Shown: one piece after another, positions 28,080 through 40,639 of the stretch
Layout: every line of letters starts with the position of its first letter
Position numbering within the stretch: position 1 is the stretch's first letter
Origin: Eledone cirrhosa
Lineage: Eukaryota
Assembly (NCBI GenBank): GCA_964016885.1
Contig: OZ024740.1
Coordinates: 203,546,001-203,610,000 of the forward strand
Direction of reading: 5' to 3'
Length of the DNA: 64,000 nucleotides
Notes under the pieces: model-generated
Databases searched by the model: none
Seen by the model: only the letters and a program-made list of their open reading frames with translations
What the model was told of the DNA's origin: nothing
Program-made: the position numbers and the translations under genes

Positions 28080-28206
28080 TGGATGCATGTTAATAAGCCA
28101 TCCTGTTCTTTCTGTGGACTCTTTATAACGATCAAATCCAAACCTGGAATCAACTTCATCATTCTGGATGCTTCTCTGGAGACGTTTTTCACTAGAATCT
28201 TCTCGG
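28080..28206 (-). CDS. POLE: POLE exon 2 (REDSSEKRLQRS...GWLINMHP)
   Basis: RFGFDR..E..E.TGWLINMHP matches the POLE N-terminal domain; AG/GT boundaries. Confidence 0.96.
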
Positions 28207-31200
28207 CTGTTGAGAAGAAAACAACATCGTAACCAAAGATGCAAAAATAATGGAGCATCACCAATAAACAAGCATTTTAAGACCATCCACTTTGATAAAG
28301 CAGGGTTTAGTCTTGTGAACCCCATAACAGGCTTCTTCATTTCTCTCCATCCTCTGCATTCCCTCTCACTAAACCCATTGCTTTCATTTCTTAAACAAGA
28401 TGACGATCATCATCATCCAGTTTTTGATAATGCAGGACACAATTAATCCCTAAGTAGGGGTAGATCCTGCATGACAGCGCTCCTTAGCATTCCACTTCAT
28501 GTGTTTCTGTCCACTGGTCTCACTTGGGCCAGGCTAAGCCTAGCTTGATCCCAACAAACATCCTCCATCCAAGTCCTTTTTGGTCTTCCTGGGCCTTTAC
28601 TGCCTCCTGGATCAATATTCATCACGTAACTGATCCAGCCCTCACTGCGCTTGACATGGCCGTACCAGCGCATGAAGTATCATTGTGCTGAGAGAAAAAC
28701 TGAGTATAAGAGGCATCAGTTGCAGTGAGTTGCATTCCCAACACTTTCTCGACCCAAGAAATCTTGGCATAACCCAAACCACCCAACTACTTGCCCCAAG
28801 CAATATATAAACACCCCTGTTTAGGCCACCAGGGGAAACCGGTCACCAAGAACTCCTCCCCCATATCCAGCAATGCAATGTGGTACCCCAGCCTAACCAT
28901 GTACACTAAGCACTTTCATGCTGTAATAAAATAGTATTGGTACCACTACAAAAGCTCCCAGTTTACCCTCTGCAAGGTGGCAGTGTCAGGGTCATGATAA
29001 AATGCTCCCAGTACACTGTAAAGTGGTTAGAGTCAAGAAGAGCATCCAACTGTAGAAACTATGCTCCCAGTACATGCTGCATAGAAACCATGCTGTAAAG
29101 TGGTTGGTGTTAGGAAGGGCATCCAGCTGTAGAAACCAAGCCAAAACAAAACATATGAACAGGATCTAGTCATTTGATCTGTCTGACCTCAGCACGTGTT
29201 AGCCATCTAACCTATGCAAGCATAGAAAATAGACATTAAACGATGATGATGAAAATATTTGATCTGATTAACTAGAATCATTTCGCATGCTTTGCTCTCA
29301 CATACACAAGCCAACAAAGGAACCACAACCCTAACATTTATATATGTAATGAATCCAATGAATCAGACAAGATATTTTCATTTTCTTCAAATGAGATTAT
29401 TTATAAAAAAATACCCTTTTTATTTTATATAGGATACCTTCGAATTGAGAGATCACAGCTCGGATAATATGGGCATGTAGTTAGAATGTCTCGGGCAGAA
29501 TCACTGGACAGATTTTGCAGGCAACACCATTGAGCAGGAAACCCAAGGGTAGACCCCAAGCAAGATGGTTGGATAACATCCATGAACTTGGCTGGTCACG
29601 ATTGGGGATCCAGCCAGATCAGTTGGAGACATTTGGAAGGAATGTTTGAGGGCTCTGCCCTCACGACGCTCTTAGGAATAAGTGGGCGAAGAAGGCATCT
29701 AGATGATATGGTTTAAAAACATGAAAATTATTTAATGGTAGCGCTGTGAAACAATAAAAAAAAAAAATCGATCAACAATATCCCATTGAACCAAGGAAAC
29801 AATGTTTCCATTGGCCTTTCCATTACTGATACTATCTACAGGTTGCAACATGAAATAAAATATTTTGCTCATCACCTGGTCTGGGAATCAAACTTAAAAC
29901 CTCACGATTGCGAATCCGATTCTTTAACCACTAAGTCACCCACCTACACAATCAAAACAATGCCAATACAAGTCTAAAATCTAAAGTCTGTCTTAAGCCA
30001 GAAGGCTTGTGCTTATCCTGGTTTCATGCCAGCTCAATGCATTTGTTGTCCAACATCTAGAATCTAGATGTGACACTTCATAGCTCAGTTGAGTCCATTT
30101 TTGACATCCTTCACATCATTCCAGTTCAGAGGTGATAAATGTGAGTTACAATGAACTCAATATGATGACACCGTACACAGCATTTAGTCAATTCTGAGGA
30201 ATGTTTACATTCTTGGCTTTCCAACTCCTCAAAAGCCATATAAAAGTGCCTAGAGTCTAAAGAAGCTGACCTGACAAATTATGCCTCATTGGCTTTCATC
30301 CCATATCCTTCCTCACAAAAAACTGTTTTGCCCTCCCCAAACTTTTCTTTTCAGTGTACAGTGTGCCACATCATCCATATAAGCAGGACATCTCAGCAAA
30401 TTTGATGCCACCATTCATCTTTGCACTGAACTCACAATGTCAGTTTCAACAACACAAGTTGGCAACAAGCAAAACTGGTAGCTTTGGTCTAAGCTCAACA
30501 TCTGACCTGGCACTGCCAGCCTAACCTTTTCCTATCATCCTCAGGTTCTTTTCAAAACATTGGTAGTTCTGACTGTATGAATTGGCAATGGCCTAACTGT
30601 CTCATTATGCAGGTTACCAACACAACTGGAACAGCATCAAATACAGTTTCAACCTACATGAGGTCCAATTCTTCCCTAGATTAAGTCTCACCTGCCACTG
30701 TCTGATTAGCCTAACAGCCAAGCAGTAGCAAGTGGCTCAATTCGGTGCCTTTCTTGATGATGTGTTCCCCTGCACCTTGGCCTCCATGTGGTTGAGCTAC
30801 ACAAATGTTGTGGAGCCACTATCGAATGTTTGGACTACATACACTCTCTCATGTTGCCACAGTGCTGGTCGGTTACCCCAGCACGGTGCCTTGAATGGTG
30901 TCACCAGAAAGAGTCTTGATGTAGCTGAATTTCACAATTGGAGCCTGCTAGCATTGACAGTTGTGAAGGTGGGTTCCCAGAAGGGATAACATTTTTTCCC
31001 TTACAGGCGTTAAAGCACTCATCTGGATTGCCACATGTTCTATGGTGCCAACATCATCGCTTCGGCCACAAACCAAGACACCACAGTCCATAACACAGAT
31101 GAGTGAAACGTAACTAAATACCGGGCTTTGACTGCGCTCCAGTATCCTCAGTCCCCAGACTACAGCTCTCTTAGGCAAAATCACATGACGATCTGAGGTG

Positions 31201-32699
31201 GAATGTGTGGTGCAGCAGGTATCGCTGGCTGTTCTCTGAGGTAAAGCTTTTGTCATATTGTCCGCGGAGCACAGTTGAGATATACCATCCAGTCAAGGGT
31301 TTAGAGTTTGCTCCCTTCCTTTTATAGGCCCTCTCCTTTTTTTTCCTGTTTGTAAATATATATATACAACTATGTTTTTTCTCTTATTCCGAATTGTTAT
31401 TGTTTTGGTAACTTGGACATGATATATAACCAGTGTTAATTAGCGAAGAACTTCCGTCTTTGACGTGTCGTTTCTTTATGTCCGCCACCTATAGGAGCTA
31501 CTATTGATTTACAAGCGTTTCCTATCACTTGCAGCACTCAGTCGCCTCTATCGTGTCAACAATGTAATACTCCAGCATTCCTTGCAATTCTGAGTTCAAA
31601 TCCCGCCGAGGTTAACTTTGCCTTTCATCCTTACGGGGTCGATAAAATAAAATACCAGTAATACACTGGCTAATTGCTGGCCTTGTGCCTAACGTAGAAA
31701 CAATTATGTGGTTTATATAATATCGAAGGTATATACTCCAACATTATGTGGTTTAGATAATATCGAAGGTATTAGCAAAATCTAATATCATTATATCAAT
31801 AAACTTACCAAAACTTCTCGTTAGTGTAAGTGTATCAGAGGGTATATGATATCTACAGGTTGATTATACGAAACTGAAAAATGCCGTTATAAAAATTGTA
31901 TTTCCTGACTGAAATATGAGGTTGTTGACTTCTGTGAGTTAAATTACAGCAATCAGAAGAGATAAATAACTGGTGATTGAAAGAAAACTTATGTTTTCAA
32001 TGTAATATAACCGTGAGCTCTAGCTGAATAGTTTTACGGTTAGACAAGATGCTTATTGAGCTATTTCTTTCAACATTACTGGAAGTGTGATCGCTTGCCT
32101 CAAGGATTATTAGAAGAAACTCGATTATGAATGTGCGGGTCTTAAAACTTATTAAATCGCCGAGTGGAAAGAAATATCTCCACACACCACAAAATGTCTA
32201 TTTACTTACAAGATTATAACAACGATAGATAGAATATAGTACACGAAATACATGTATATATATATAACGTAACTTATAAATACACAATCGTTTACTGAGG
32301 TCGAACAAAAGGAATCCTTAAGTGGACACTCAAGAACAACACAAAAGCTATATAATTTATACAATAATGTATATACGTACAACGCAATTATCAATATTGT
32401 TTTATGTATATAATTAAGTATATACAATGCAATTATTTATATACAACATGGTTGTATATAAATACTTTAAGCAAAATCCTACAATTTTAATAAAAACTCA
32501 TCAATTAAGAATTTTTGTTAATAAAATTTCGATGATTATAAAATCAAATCAATAATTTTCTTAAATGTGGCGAACAATATAACTAATCAAAAATTTTGCG
32601 GCGACAAACGAAAGATTCGACAAACGAAAGATTTGAAAGAAGACGGATTTGAGAAAAGTAAGAGGGAATTAATTAAAATGTATATTATATATAACTTAC

Positions 32700-32758
32700 G
32701 GTACAGATTCACTACCATCTGTATCTCCTTTAAATTTACCAGTATTCTGGAGAACCAT
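32700..32758 (-). CDS. POLE: DNA polymerase epsilon catalytic subunit, coding exon 1 (MVLQNTGKFKGDTDGSESV-P)
   Basis: ATG at 32758; VLQNTGKF resembles the invertebrate POLE N-terminus; GTAAGT donor; phase 2 matches exon 2; E2F sites just upstream. Confidence 0.88.
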
Positions 32759-32781
32759 ATTTGTTATAATTAGAATCTTGC

Positions 32782-32865
32782 ATTTGGCGCCAAATAATAG
32801 TTGGCGGGAGGGTGCAGCTAAAAACTGGATTGTCACATATCAAACGAAACTTAACTTTGCGGGAC
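32782..32865 (-). promoter_or_regulatory. POLE proximal promoter/5'UTR with clustered E2F-type sites
   Basis: Perfect palindrome ATTTGGCGCCAAAT (32782-32795), TTGGCGGGAG (32801-32810) and TTTGCGGGAC (32856-32865) within 110 bp of the ATG; E2F control of replication genes is established. Confidence 0.75.
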
Positions 32866-33293
32866 TTTTTTTCTTCTTGTTTTTTTTTTTTTCATATACG
32901 TCTAATAATTAATTAAAATGTATATTATATAAACCAAAAGTCGATAATTAAATCTGGAAAAATATTAAATTTTGTATTAAATTTTTAGTGTTATACCCAT
33001 CTCGTTTTAAAGGTAAAATTTATGCTCTTCAAAACCGTCGGAAATTATTCGTTTTTTAGTCTACTGGGGGTGGAGCACCCTTAGAGTTCTCGGGTTTAGA
33101 GCTGAATACTGCACCCGTCTCATTTTGGTGGTGAAATTTATATTTTTCCTGTTGTTTTGGGTGTGTTTTGAATGAATATAGCCTTCAAAACAGTCGGAAA
33201 TTATTCGTTTCTTTTTTTTAGTTAACTGGTGTACACTCTTTTCCCCTCTTTAGGAGTACTTTACTCGATTTATTCAACTACTACTTATAGTTA

Positions 33294-33480
33294 TCAATTG
33301 GCAGTATCGGTAGAGGGTCGGACGCCATGCTTTAACGCATAGAGTTACGGCCCTTGCGATTCTAAGTTTAAATCCCGCCGAGGTTAACTTTGCCTTTCAT
33401 CCTTACGGGGTCGATAAAATAAAGTACCAATAATGCACTGGGTAGTTGCCTGCCTTGTGCCAAAAGTAGAAACAATTATT
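33294..33480 (+). mobile_element. tRNA-like-head SINE; other copies 31575-31706(+), 37627-37803(-), 42947-43140(+), 47745-47930(-), 53273-53330(+), 61521-61690(-), 62555-62742(-), 63912-64000(+)
   Basis: TGGCAGTATCGGTAG (A-box-like) and GAGTTCAAATCCC (B-box); shared body; AACAATTAT tail; 11-18 bp TSDs. Confidence 0.9.
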
Positions 33481-33574
33481 ATAGCTATCTGCATTGTTGC
33501 GATATTATTTTTAAATTTCAAATTTCCCAATGCTTCGTAAATTAACGAATGTTGTTTATACTTCTAACTACACG

Positions 33575-33650
<76 letters not shown>

Positions 33651-33751
33651 GGAGGTGAGTTTTATTGTAGTACAATAAAGCAATGCAGATATCGGATAAG
33701 AAGCACTCTACAGTTTGTGGGACTGGAGTATGCATAATATAAGATCAAAAG

Positions 33752-35424
33752 TGATTGGCTGGTTCAACAAATTGGATAATAAAAACAAACTAAAATTTAT
33801 TCAATTCGATATTGCCAGCTACTATTCCTCCATTTCGCCTTCACTTCTCAATAATGCTCTATCTTTCGCACTTAAATATTCTGACATCACCACAGATGAA
33901 CTTCACATCATCCTCACCGCACGTAAAACCATCCTAGAGTTCAACAACGAATATTGGACCAGAGCCGATACCTCTAACAACTTCGACATCACAATGGGAG
34001 CATCCGATTCATCCCAATTGACTGATTTAATTGGTATCTTCATTTTGAACTCTTTGAGTCGGAAAATTCCTCAACTTCGCGGTGGAATTTATCGTGACGA
34101 TGGACTCTTTACTATCCTAAATTGCAATATAGTTAAACTTAATATTATTAAGAACAATATACGTAATCTCTTTAACCAACATAACCTAAAAATTGAATTT
34201 GATAATAGTATCAAACTAGCTAATTTCTTGGATGTATCTCTTAATCTTGACACTGGCCTATATTACCCTTACCATAAAAACAATGAGAATCTTAATTATG
34301 TTAACTTTAAATCTAACCATCCTACCAATATCAAGAATGCTATAGTTAATAATATTGGAAATAGAATATCTAACATATCTTCTAATAAAAACATCTTTGA
34401 TGCTAACGCCAATTACTATAATAACGCACTTTCTAAAGCCGGCTATCCAGATAAAATCAAATATAATAAAGAAACAAATTCTAGGAAAACTTACAGTAGA
34501 ATATTTAATCATAACCATTCCAATAATTTTAATAAAAGACCTAGATACAAAAACATAATCTGGTATAATGCTCCTTTCTCCATCTCTATTAATAACAATA
34601 TTCCTAAATTATTTTTTAGTGCCTTAAATAAATGCTTCCCTCCCTCACATATCTATAGTAAAATATTTAACAAACACACCATCAAATTTTCGTATTCTAC
34701 ATCCTCCAATATTTCCAACATCATCTCTAAACACAACAACAAAATATTAAATACTAAATCTCTTCCTTCCAATATTGAATTTCATAATAACAGTAATAGT
34801 ACTCCTGACGTCATTGTAAACCCTAGGCTAACTTCTGTAAACCCAAATGCAACGTCAAACACAACTTCGCTAAATGTTCATAATCCAACTCTAAATCAAG
34901 AAACTATTATTCCTATTATTCCTATCGCAAACAACTTCTCCAATCCAATTCCTTCTATAGATAACACTAGATCACTCATTAATAATCTCTCTAATTGCAA
35001 CTGCCGCATTAAAAATAAATGTCCTCTCAACAACCATTGCCTCGATAAAAACTTAATTTATGAATGTAAAATTATAACTAGCACCAATTCCTTCACCTAT
35101 TTTGGCTCCACTTCCACCTCTTTTAAAGCTCGTCTCTATAATCATCATTCATCTTTCAAATACAAACTTAAAAGAACTAACACTGCTCTCTCAGAACTCA
35201 TATGGTCCTTAAAAGACAAAAACATTAAATATAACATCTTTTGGAAAAAGATTTCTTCTGCATCCTCATACTTGAACAGCTCTCTATCTAAAATCTGTAA
35301 TCTCTGCCTAAATGAAAAATTTACCATTATCTCTAACCTAGAATCCATAATAAATAGACGCTCAGATTTGTTTTCTATCTGCCTGCATAAATTCCATAGA
35401 ACTTTTCACAAAGTATACAGTTAA
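33752..35424 (+). CDS. PLE reverse transcriptase/GIY-YIG ORF, uninterrupted but missing its N-terminus
   Basis: ORF track 33715-35424; the first 12 or so codons come from flanking DNA and the inverted tail. Confidence 0.85.
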
Positions 35425-36620
35425 TATTCAATTCTTTATCAATTTAGAATCTTTTCTCAAAGGCACATATACATACACCTCTTTAAAATATACCCATCTA
35501 CCTTACTTTAAAGGGCATTATACACTCTATAATACTCGTTTACTCATTACCCTCATTCTATCTTCTCATAAAACAATAACATTTGTTTTTGACATTTTGA
35601 ATATTCATCCGCAATCATTATTATTTTTTCTCTCTATCATAAATCTTTTTAATCTCAATTTCATCCTTAATTTATTATTATATATATTTTTTTTAATATA
35701 TACTCATATATTCTTTAAAATATACCCATCTACCTTACCTTAAAGGGCATTATACACTCTATAATACTCGTTTACTCATTACCCTCATTCTATCTTCTCG
35801 TAAAACAATAACATTGGTTTTGACATTTTGAGTATTCATCCGCAATCATTATTATTTTTTCTCTCTATCATAAATCTTTTTAATCTCAATTTCATCCTTA
35901 ATTTATTATTATTTTTTTCTCCCCATCAACGAACTCATTATTAATACATATGAATTCAATATACAAACTTTAACTTCACATTATTTTTCTCAAATCCTTC
36001 TACACATAAACTTTTTCTCTTTGCTAATTTTGAAATTCCTACATTTCTTCTTTTGACGTTAGAATATTCACCCACAATTATTATTTTTTTCTCTCTATCT
36101 TCATACATAATTTCCCTTCGTTAATTTTCAAATTCCTTTAATTTATACATTATCTTCCAACGGTTCCCAACCTCTCTATATTAAAACATTATATCTTTTT
36201 CTCAGTTATAAAAACTATCTCTTTCTCTCTATCACCCATCTCTCCCTTTCCACCTTCACTCTCATCTCCTCCCCTTTTTTTCATCCTTTCCACCCCCCCT
36301 CCCTAAATAAAATATTTTTTCCTCGCACATATCCTCCCTTCGTTAATTTTCAAAATTTTTAATTTATACAGTATCTTCCAACGGTTTTCAACCCCTCTAT
36401 ATAAAATGTATCTCCTCTCAGTTATAAAAACTATCTCTTTCTCTCTATCACCCATCTCTCCCTCTCATCTCCTTCCCTTTTCATCCTTTTCTCCCCCCCC
36501 CCCTCTCTAAATAAAATATTTTTCCCAATATCACACATCAATCTAAAACCACTTTTCATATGTTGATTTAAAACTGCACTATCAACAAGTGTTTTTTTAG
36601 CCTTCATATCATGTTCTCCT

Positions 36621-36689
36621 GTTTTATCTGATGAAAACACAAATATTATTGTTTGATGATGTTTGTTTTTGAAATGCGCATAATAAAAT
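36621..36689 (+). ncRNA. Type I minimal hammerhead ribozyme (PLE tail)
   Basis: gttttat-CTGATGA-aaac..aaatat/atgttt.gtttt-GAAA-TGCGCA-TA-ataaaat; palindromic stem III loop; predicted cleavage after 36682. Confidence 0.85.
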
Positions 36690-36719
36690 ATATGGAACTC
36701 CTTAACCATCTTTTGATCT

Positions 36720-36792
<73 letters not shown>

Positions 36793-36793
<1 letters not shown>

Positions 36794-36926
36794 CAGTAAA
36801 TAAAGGATTATGAGTTCATGCAATTGACTTATGTTTCGTCACTATATATATATATATATATAAATATATATATATAGTGACGAAACATAAGTCAATTGCA
36901 TGAACTCATAATCCTTTATTTACTGC
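36793..36926. repeat. Perfect 50-bp inverted repeat around a TA spacer, carrying the 3' half of a hammerhead
   Basis: Arms 36793-36842 and 36877-36926 are exact reverse complements; gtgac-GAAA-CATAAG-TC-aattgc. Confidence 0.92.
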
Positions 36927-38151
36927 TATATATATTTCGATGATAGCTACCGGCAGGTAGTTCAATAAATATATTATTGGTGCGCTAACAATGTTTTGTT
37001 TAACAAAAACAAAAAGCTACAGGTTTTTTTTTAAAATTACAATAAAAACATTGAAATGTGTTGTTCAACGTAAGGTGACTTTCTTAGTCCAGGGGAGGTA
37101 ACTGTGAGAAAACTAATTTTAAAAAAATGCTTAATGGGTCATCATTTCTGAATTTTAAAGATGAAAGATTTTAAAATTCATGATGATGATGCTTCTCTAT
37201 CGCTGGCTTAGGATGACCCCGGCCACGTTGGGCAAGAAGAAGAAGTAATGCATCCCGCCAAAGGAAGGGACCCCCGTGAGGTAGGGAAGCTGATGCAGCG
37301 AGTGCTGTTGGTTGTTCTTCGAACACATGTACCCAATGCGTGCGTGTGAATGGAGGGGGAATATCAGGTGGAGTGCTAGCGAATTTCGGATGGGATCTTT
37401 GAGGGATGCAGTGTTCCGACACCTAACAACTGATGCAGGTAGTTTGTTCCATGCCTCAGCAACTCTGAGCGTGAAAACAATGTTTCCAAAAATCTAGGGA
37501 GCTGTACTGTTTTCGGATTGCTTTGCGGTATTCGTTCTTTGATTTCATATTCACCCCTATTGTCAGTAATATGAAAAGAAGGTGCCCCAAAACGAGGAGA
37601 AATGAGGCAAAATGGGGAGATTTTACATAATTGTTTCTACTTTTGGCACAAGGCCAGCAATTACCCAGTGCATTACTGGTACTTTATTTTAGGATGAAAG
37701 ACAAAGTAAACCTCGGCGGGATTTGAACTCAGAATGGCAAGGGCCGTAACTCTATGCGTCAAAGCATGGCGTCCGACCCTCTACCGATACTGCCAACCCA
37801 CCAAGATTTTACATAATGAAACTCATTTTCACAAGAGTGCTATTATGCTTACATACTGTCTGAGTGCTACTGACAATTTATTATAACCAGCCAACCTTGC
37901 ACTATATTCAAATGAGCATCGTCAGCAAGCATTCATCAAGCAAAATCTATATAGACTCTAGTCTATTTCCATGCCAGTATTATGGTTAAACGCTGTCTAG
38001 TGCTACTGCTGATTTTATATATATATATCCCTGAAAAAAACCCTGCACTAATAGAAAATGTATAGTCTGCAGATTAATCCCACAAATTAACTATAATAGG
38101 AACGTAGTATATAGCATAAGATGTACGGAGGGACAGTGTAGGAATAGGAAC

Positions 38152-38710
38152 ACGAAGTTGTTTATGTGGAGGTGATAGTAGATTTCCTCAGACACAATGC
38201 TTGTCAACAGTTTCCACATTACGGACAGACATATGATAGGCCTATAGTTGGTAACCTCATTACCCTTGATTCGGTCTTTCATTACCAGAACTGTGGTACC
38301 TTTTGTCAACCAATCTGGTACTTCATTCGACACCAAGCAGTCATTAAACATGGCTGTCAGTTTTGGGTGGAGGGATGTTATATTTTTTATCCAATATCCT
38401 TGCACACTATCTGGGCCTGATGATTTCCAGTTGGTTCGTTCATTGGCCTGGTTTTTAAGAATTTCAGCTGTGATACTCAAATCAGGTTGTTGGTGTGCTT
38501 GTTCACTAATCTCCTTTTTAACTGTCTCAATTCACACTGCCTGACTATTATGTCCAGCATCCTGCTCCCATATTCCTCTCCAGAATGTCTTAGTCTGTTC
38601 AACTTCAGGGATCACGTTGTTACCTCTTTCTTTCCCTTCAAGCTGTTCAAATAACATCTGGTTGTGATCAAACACGCGGTTCTGTCTATACTGACTAACT
38701 CTGTTCTCAT
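38152..38710 (-). mobile_element. R4/Dong-type non-LTR RT fragment
   Basis: NWKSSGPD.VQGYWIK, P.WLT.G.T, NYRPI.CL..MWKLLT. Confidence 0.85.
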
Positions 38711-38866
38711 TGGAATTTACACAACATCAACTAGGTAGATATGTATGCATGTCTGCATGCATGTATGTGTAGGTATGGATGTTATTGTATGTGTGGATGT
38801 GTATGTTTTAAGTTGTAAGTGTGCATGTACATACGCTTTGTATCTGTACATGTGTATATGCAGTTA

Positions 38867-40639
38867 TTAGATGCAAAATGTTTGGAATGTTTTACATATT
38901 TTTACTGTTCCATTAATGGATTGTACTTGTAATTTCCTAACTAGTTGTGTTATTTCTGTTCCTGTGAAGCCTAGCTTCTCAAGATTTGTATTGAGGCAGT
39001 TACTAACATACCCCAGTGCCCCAATAATCACAGGCATATATCTGAAGGTGTAATCAGGGTGGAGTATCTGCAGATTTCTCATTAGTTCTGCATAAATATT
39101 CTCCTTTTCGCTAATCTTTGATATTATATTGGCATCTGCTGGACAGCTAATTTCCACTACTGTGCATGCTTTCTTCTCCCTGTCCCATATCATAATATCT
39201 GGTCTGTTATGCCTGCATTTTATTGGGGTTTTTACTGGTACATTCCACCAGTACTCTTTCATATTATGTACATGGATGTCTTCCACATTGCTGTAGCTTT
39301 TAATGTGTTTATTATCGGGGCTATCTTTTTTACGGATTGCATTGTACAGTGTTTTGGCCACTACATCATGCCTCATAGGTAGATAGTACCGCGATTACAT
39401 CTTTGGACAGCTGCTTATGACATGGGTGATATCTTCGATGTTAGTTCTGCAGAGTCTGCACTTATTATCACATCTAGGTGTTTTACCTGCATCCCTATCT
39501 CTTTTGTGAATCAGGTATTTCGTGTTAATCTCCTGTTCTTGGATTGCAAAAGCGTATCCTTCAAAGTGGGAGCCAATATAGCGGTTGTTGGTCCAAGATA
39601 GACTACTTTCCTTATCTATATTACTCTCACTCTGGAGCTTCCTGGCAACATATACATGCATGCTTTTTTGCTGATAAGCATGCAGTTTTTCATCCATGGA
39701 TTCACTGCGATACTGCTGAGCGACTTCCCTGGGTGTGAGTTTTTGATTATCACACAGAGAATATCTCTCGAGGAGTTCCTTCCCAACTTTCATGCAGATA
39801 GACTTGCTCGAGAGACGGGCTCATACGCTTCGAGGTTCGTAGATGTTGTCGAAGGGATATGATGCGACATTCAAATGTTGTCTGGACAGATGTTAGGCCT
39901 CTGCCTCCCTGCTTACGTTTCAAGTTAAGGCGGTCTATGTCACTGTTGATGTGGAAGTTTCCGGTGTTGTTTAGTATTTTTCGAGTTCCAACATCAACTG
40001 CTCGGATTTCATCTATCGTCCAATTGAGTATTCCAAACGTTGGTGTTAGGACAGGCACAACAAACACATTGTGAGCCACTGTTTTGTTTTGCGCAGAGAG
40101 TTCTGATGACCAAATCTTTCTTAATCGGGTATAGTATTCCCTGGTTACGCGTTCTTTATTACAGATACCATTATAGGATATGTTCTCATCTATTCCCAGG
40201 TATCTGTAGCAGTCCTCATCAGATATCGGTGAAACAGTTAGGCCATTGATGACAATGTTGCTAGATTGGGTTGTTGTTTTTCCCCGCTTTACAGTCATAT
40301 ATGAGCATTTATCTTGGCCAAACTCCATTCCTATATCCTTTGAGAACGTTGTAACCAGGTCAAGATTTTTCTTCATCCCATCTATGTTCTTGGCATAGTT
40401 TCAGATCATCCACAAAGAAATTATGGGTTAGGTTCGTATTTCTGTCCTCCATTTCTTGAGCAGAAAGGACAAGGGGTTTAATGACAGGATGAATAATATC
40501 ACAGAGAGACTGTCTCCCTGAAATATACCCCTGCGATAAAAATATCATTGAAAATAGAGTCCTCCCTCTCTGTCTTTAACCTTAGGATAGTAGCTCAAGA
40601 AGAAGACAGCTTCTCTAAGGCTCTGATAATAATGTCTGG
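38867..40639 (-). mobile_element. R4/Dong-type non-LTR element, 3' part (RT C-terminus, CCHC, restriction-like endonuclease)
   Basis: GIFQGDSL, FVDDLKL, YRYLG, GGRGL, CRLC..E...H..S.C, RHD, RPDI, EISCP; frameshifts. Confidence 0.9.

Larger units (their letters stand above)
33734..36727 (+). mobile_element. 5'-truncated Penelope-like retroelement (RT + C-terminal GIY-YIG) with long 3' region ending in a hammerhead-containing tail, inserted in (TA)n
   Basis: FDIASYY, ITMGA, IYRDDG, NFLDV (RT); CNC..CPL..C linker; LIY...YFGST..FK.R..NH (GIY-YIG); 5' end begins with an 18-nt inverted copy of the 3' end. Confidence 0.93.

Noticed and set aside
31270-31512. Solo LTR in POLE intron 1
   Set aside because: LTR-like composition, but I could not define TG..CA ends with a TSD or find a second copy
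33294-33380. tRNA gene
   Set aside because: The A/B-box-like head continues into a multi-copy SINE body with TSDs; no cloverleaf
33715-33751. ORF-track start MWDWSMHNIRSK as the true PLE N-terminus
   Set aside because: It lies in flanking DNA plus the inverted 3' tail; upstream RT motifs are missing
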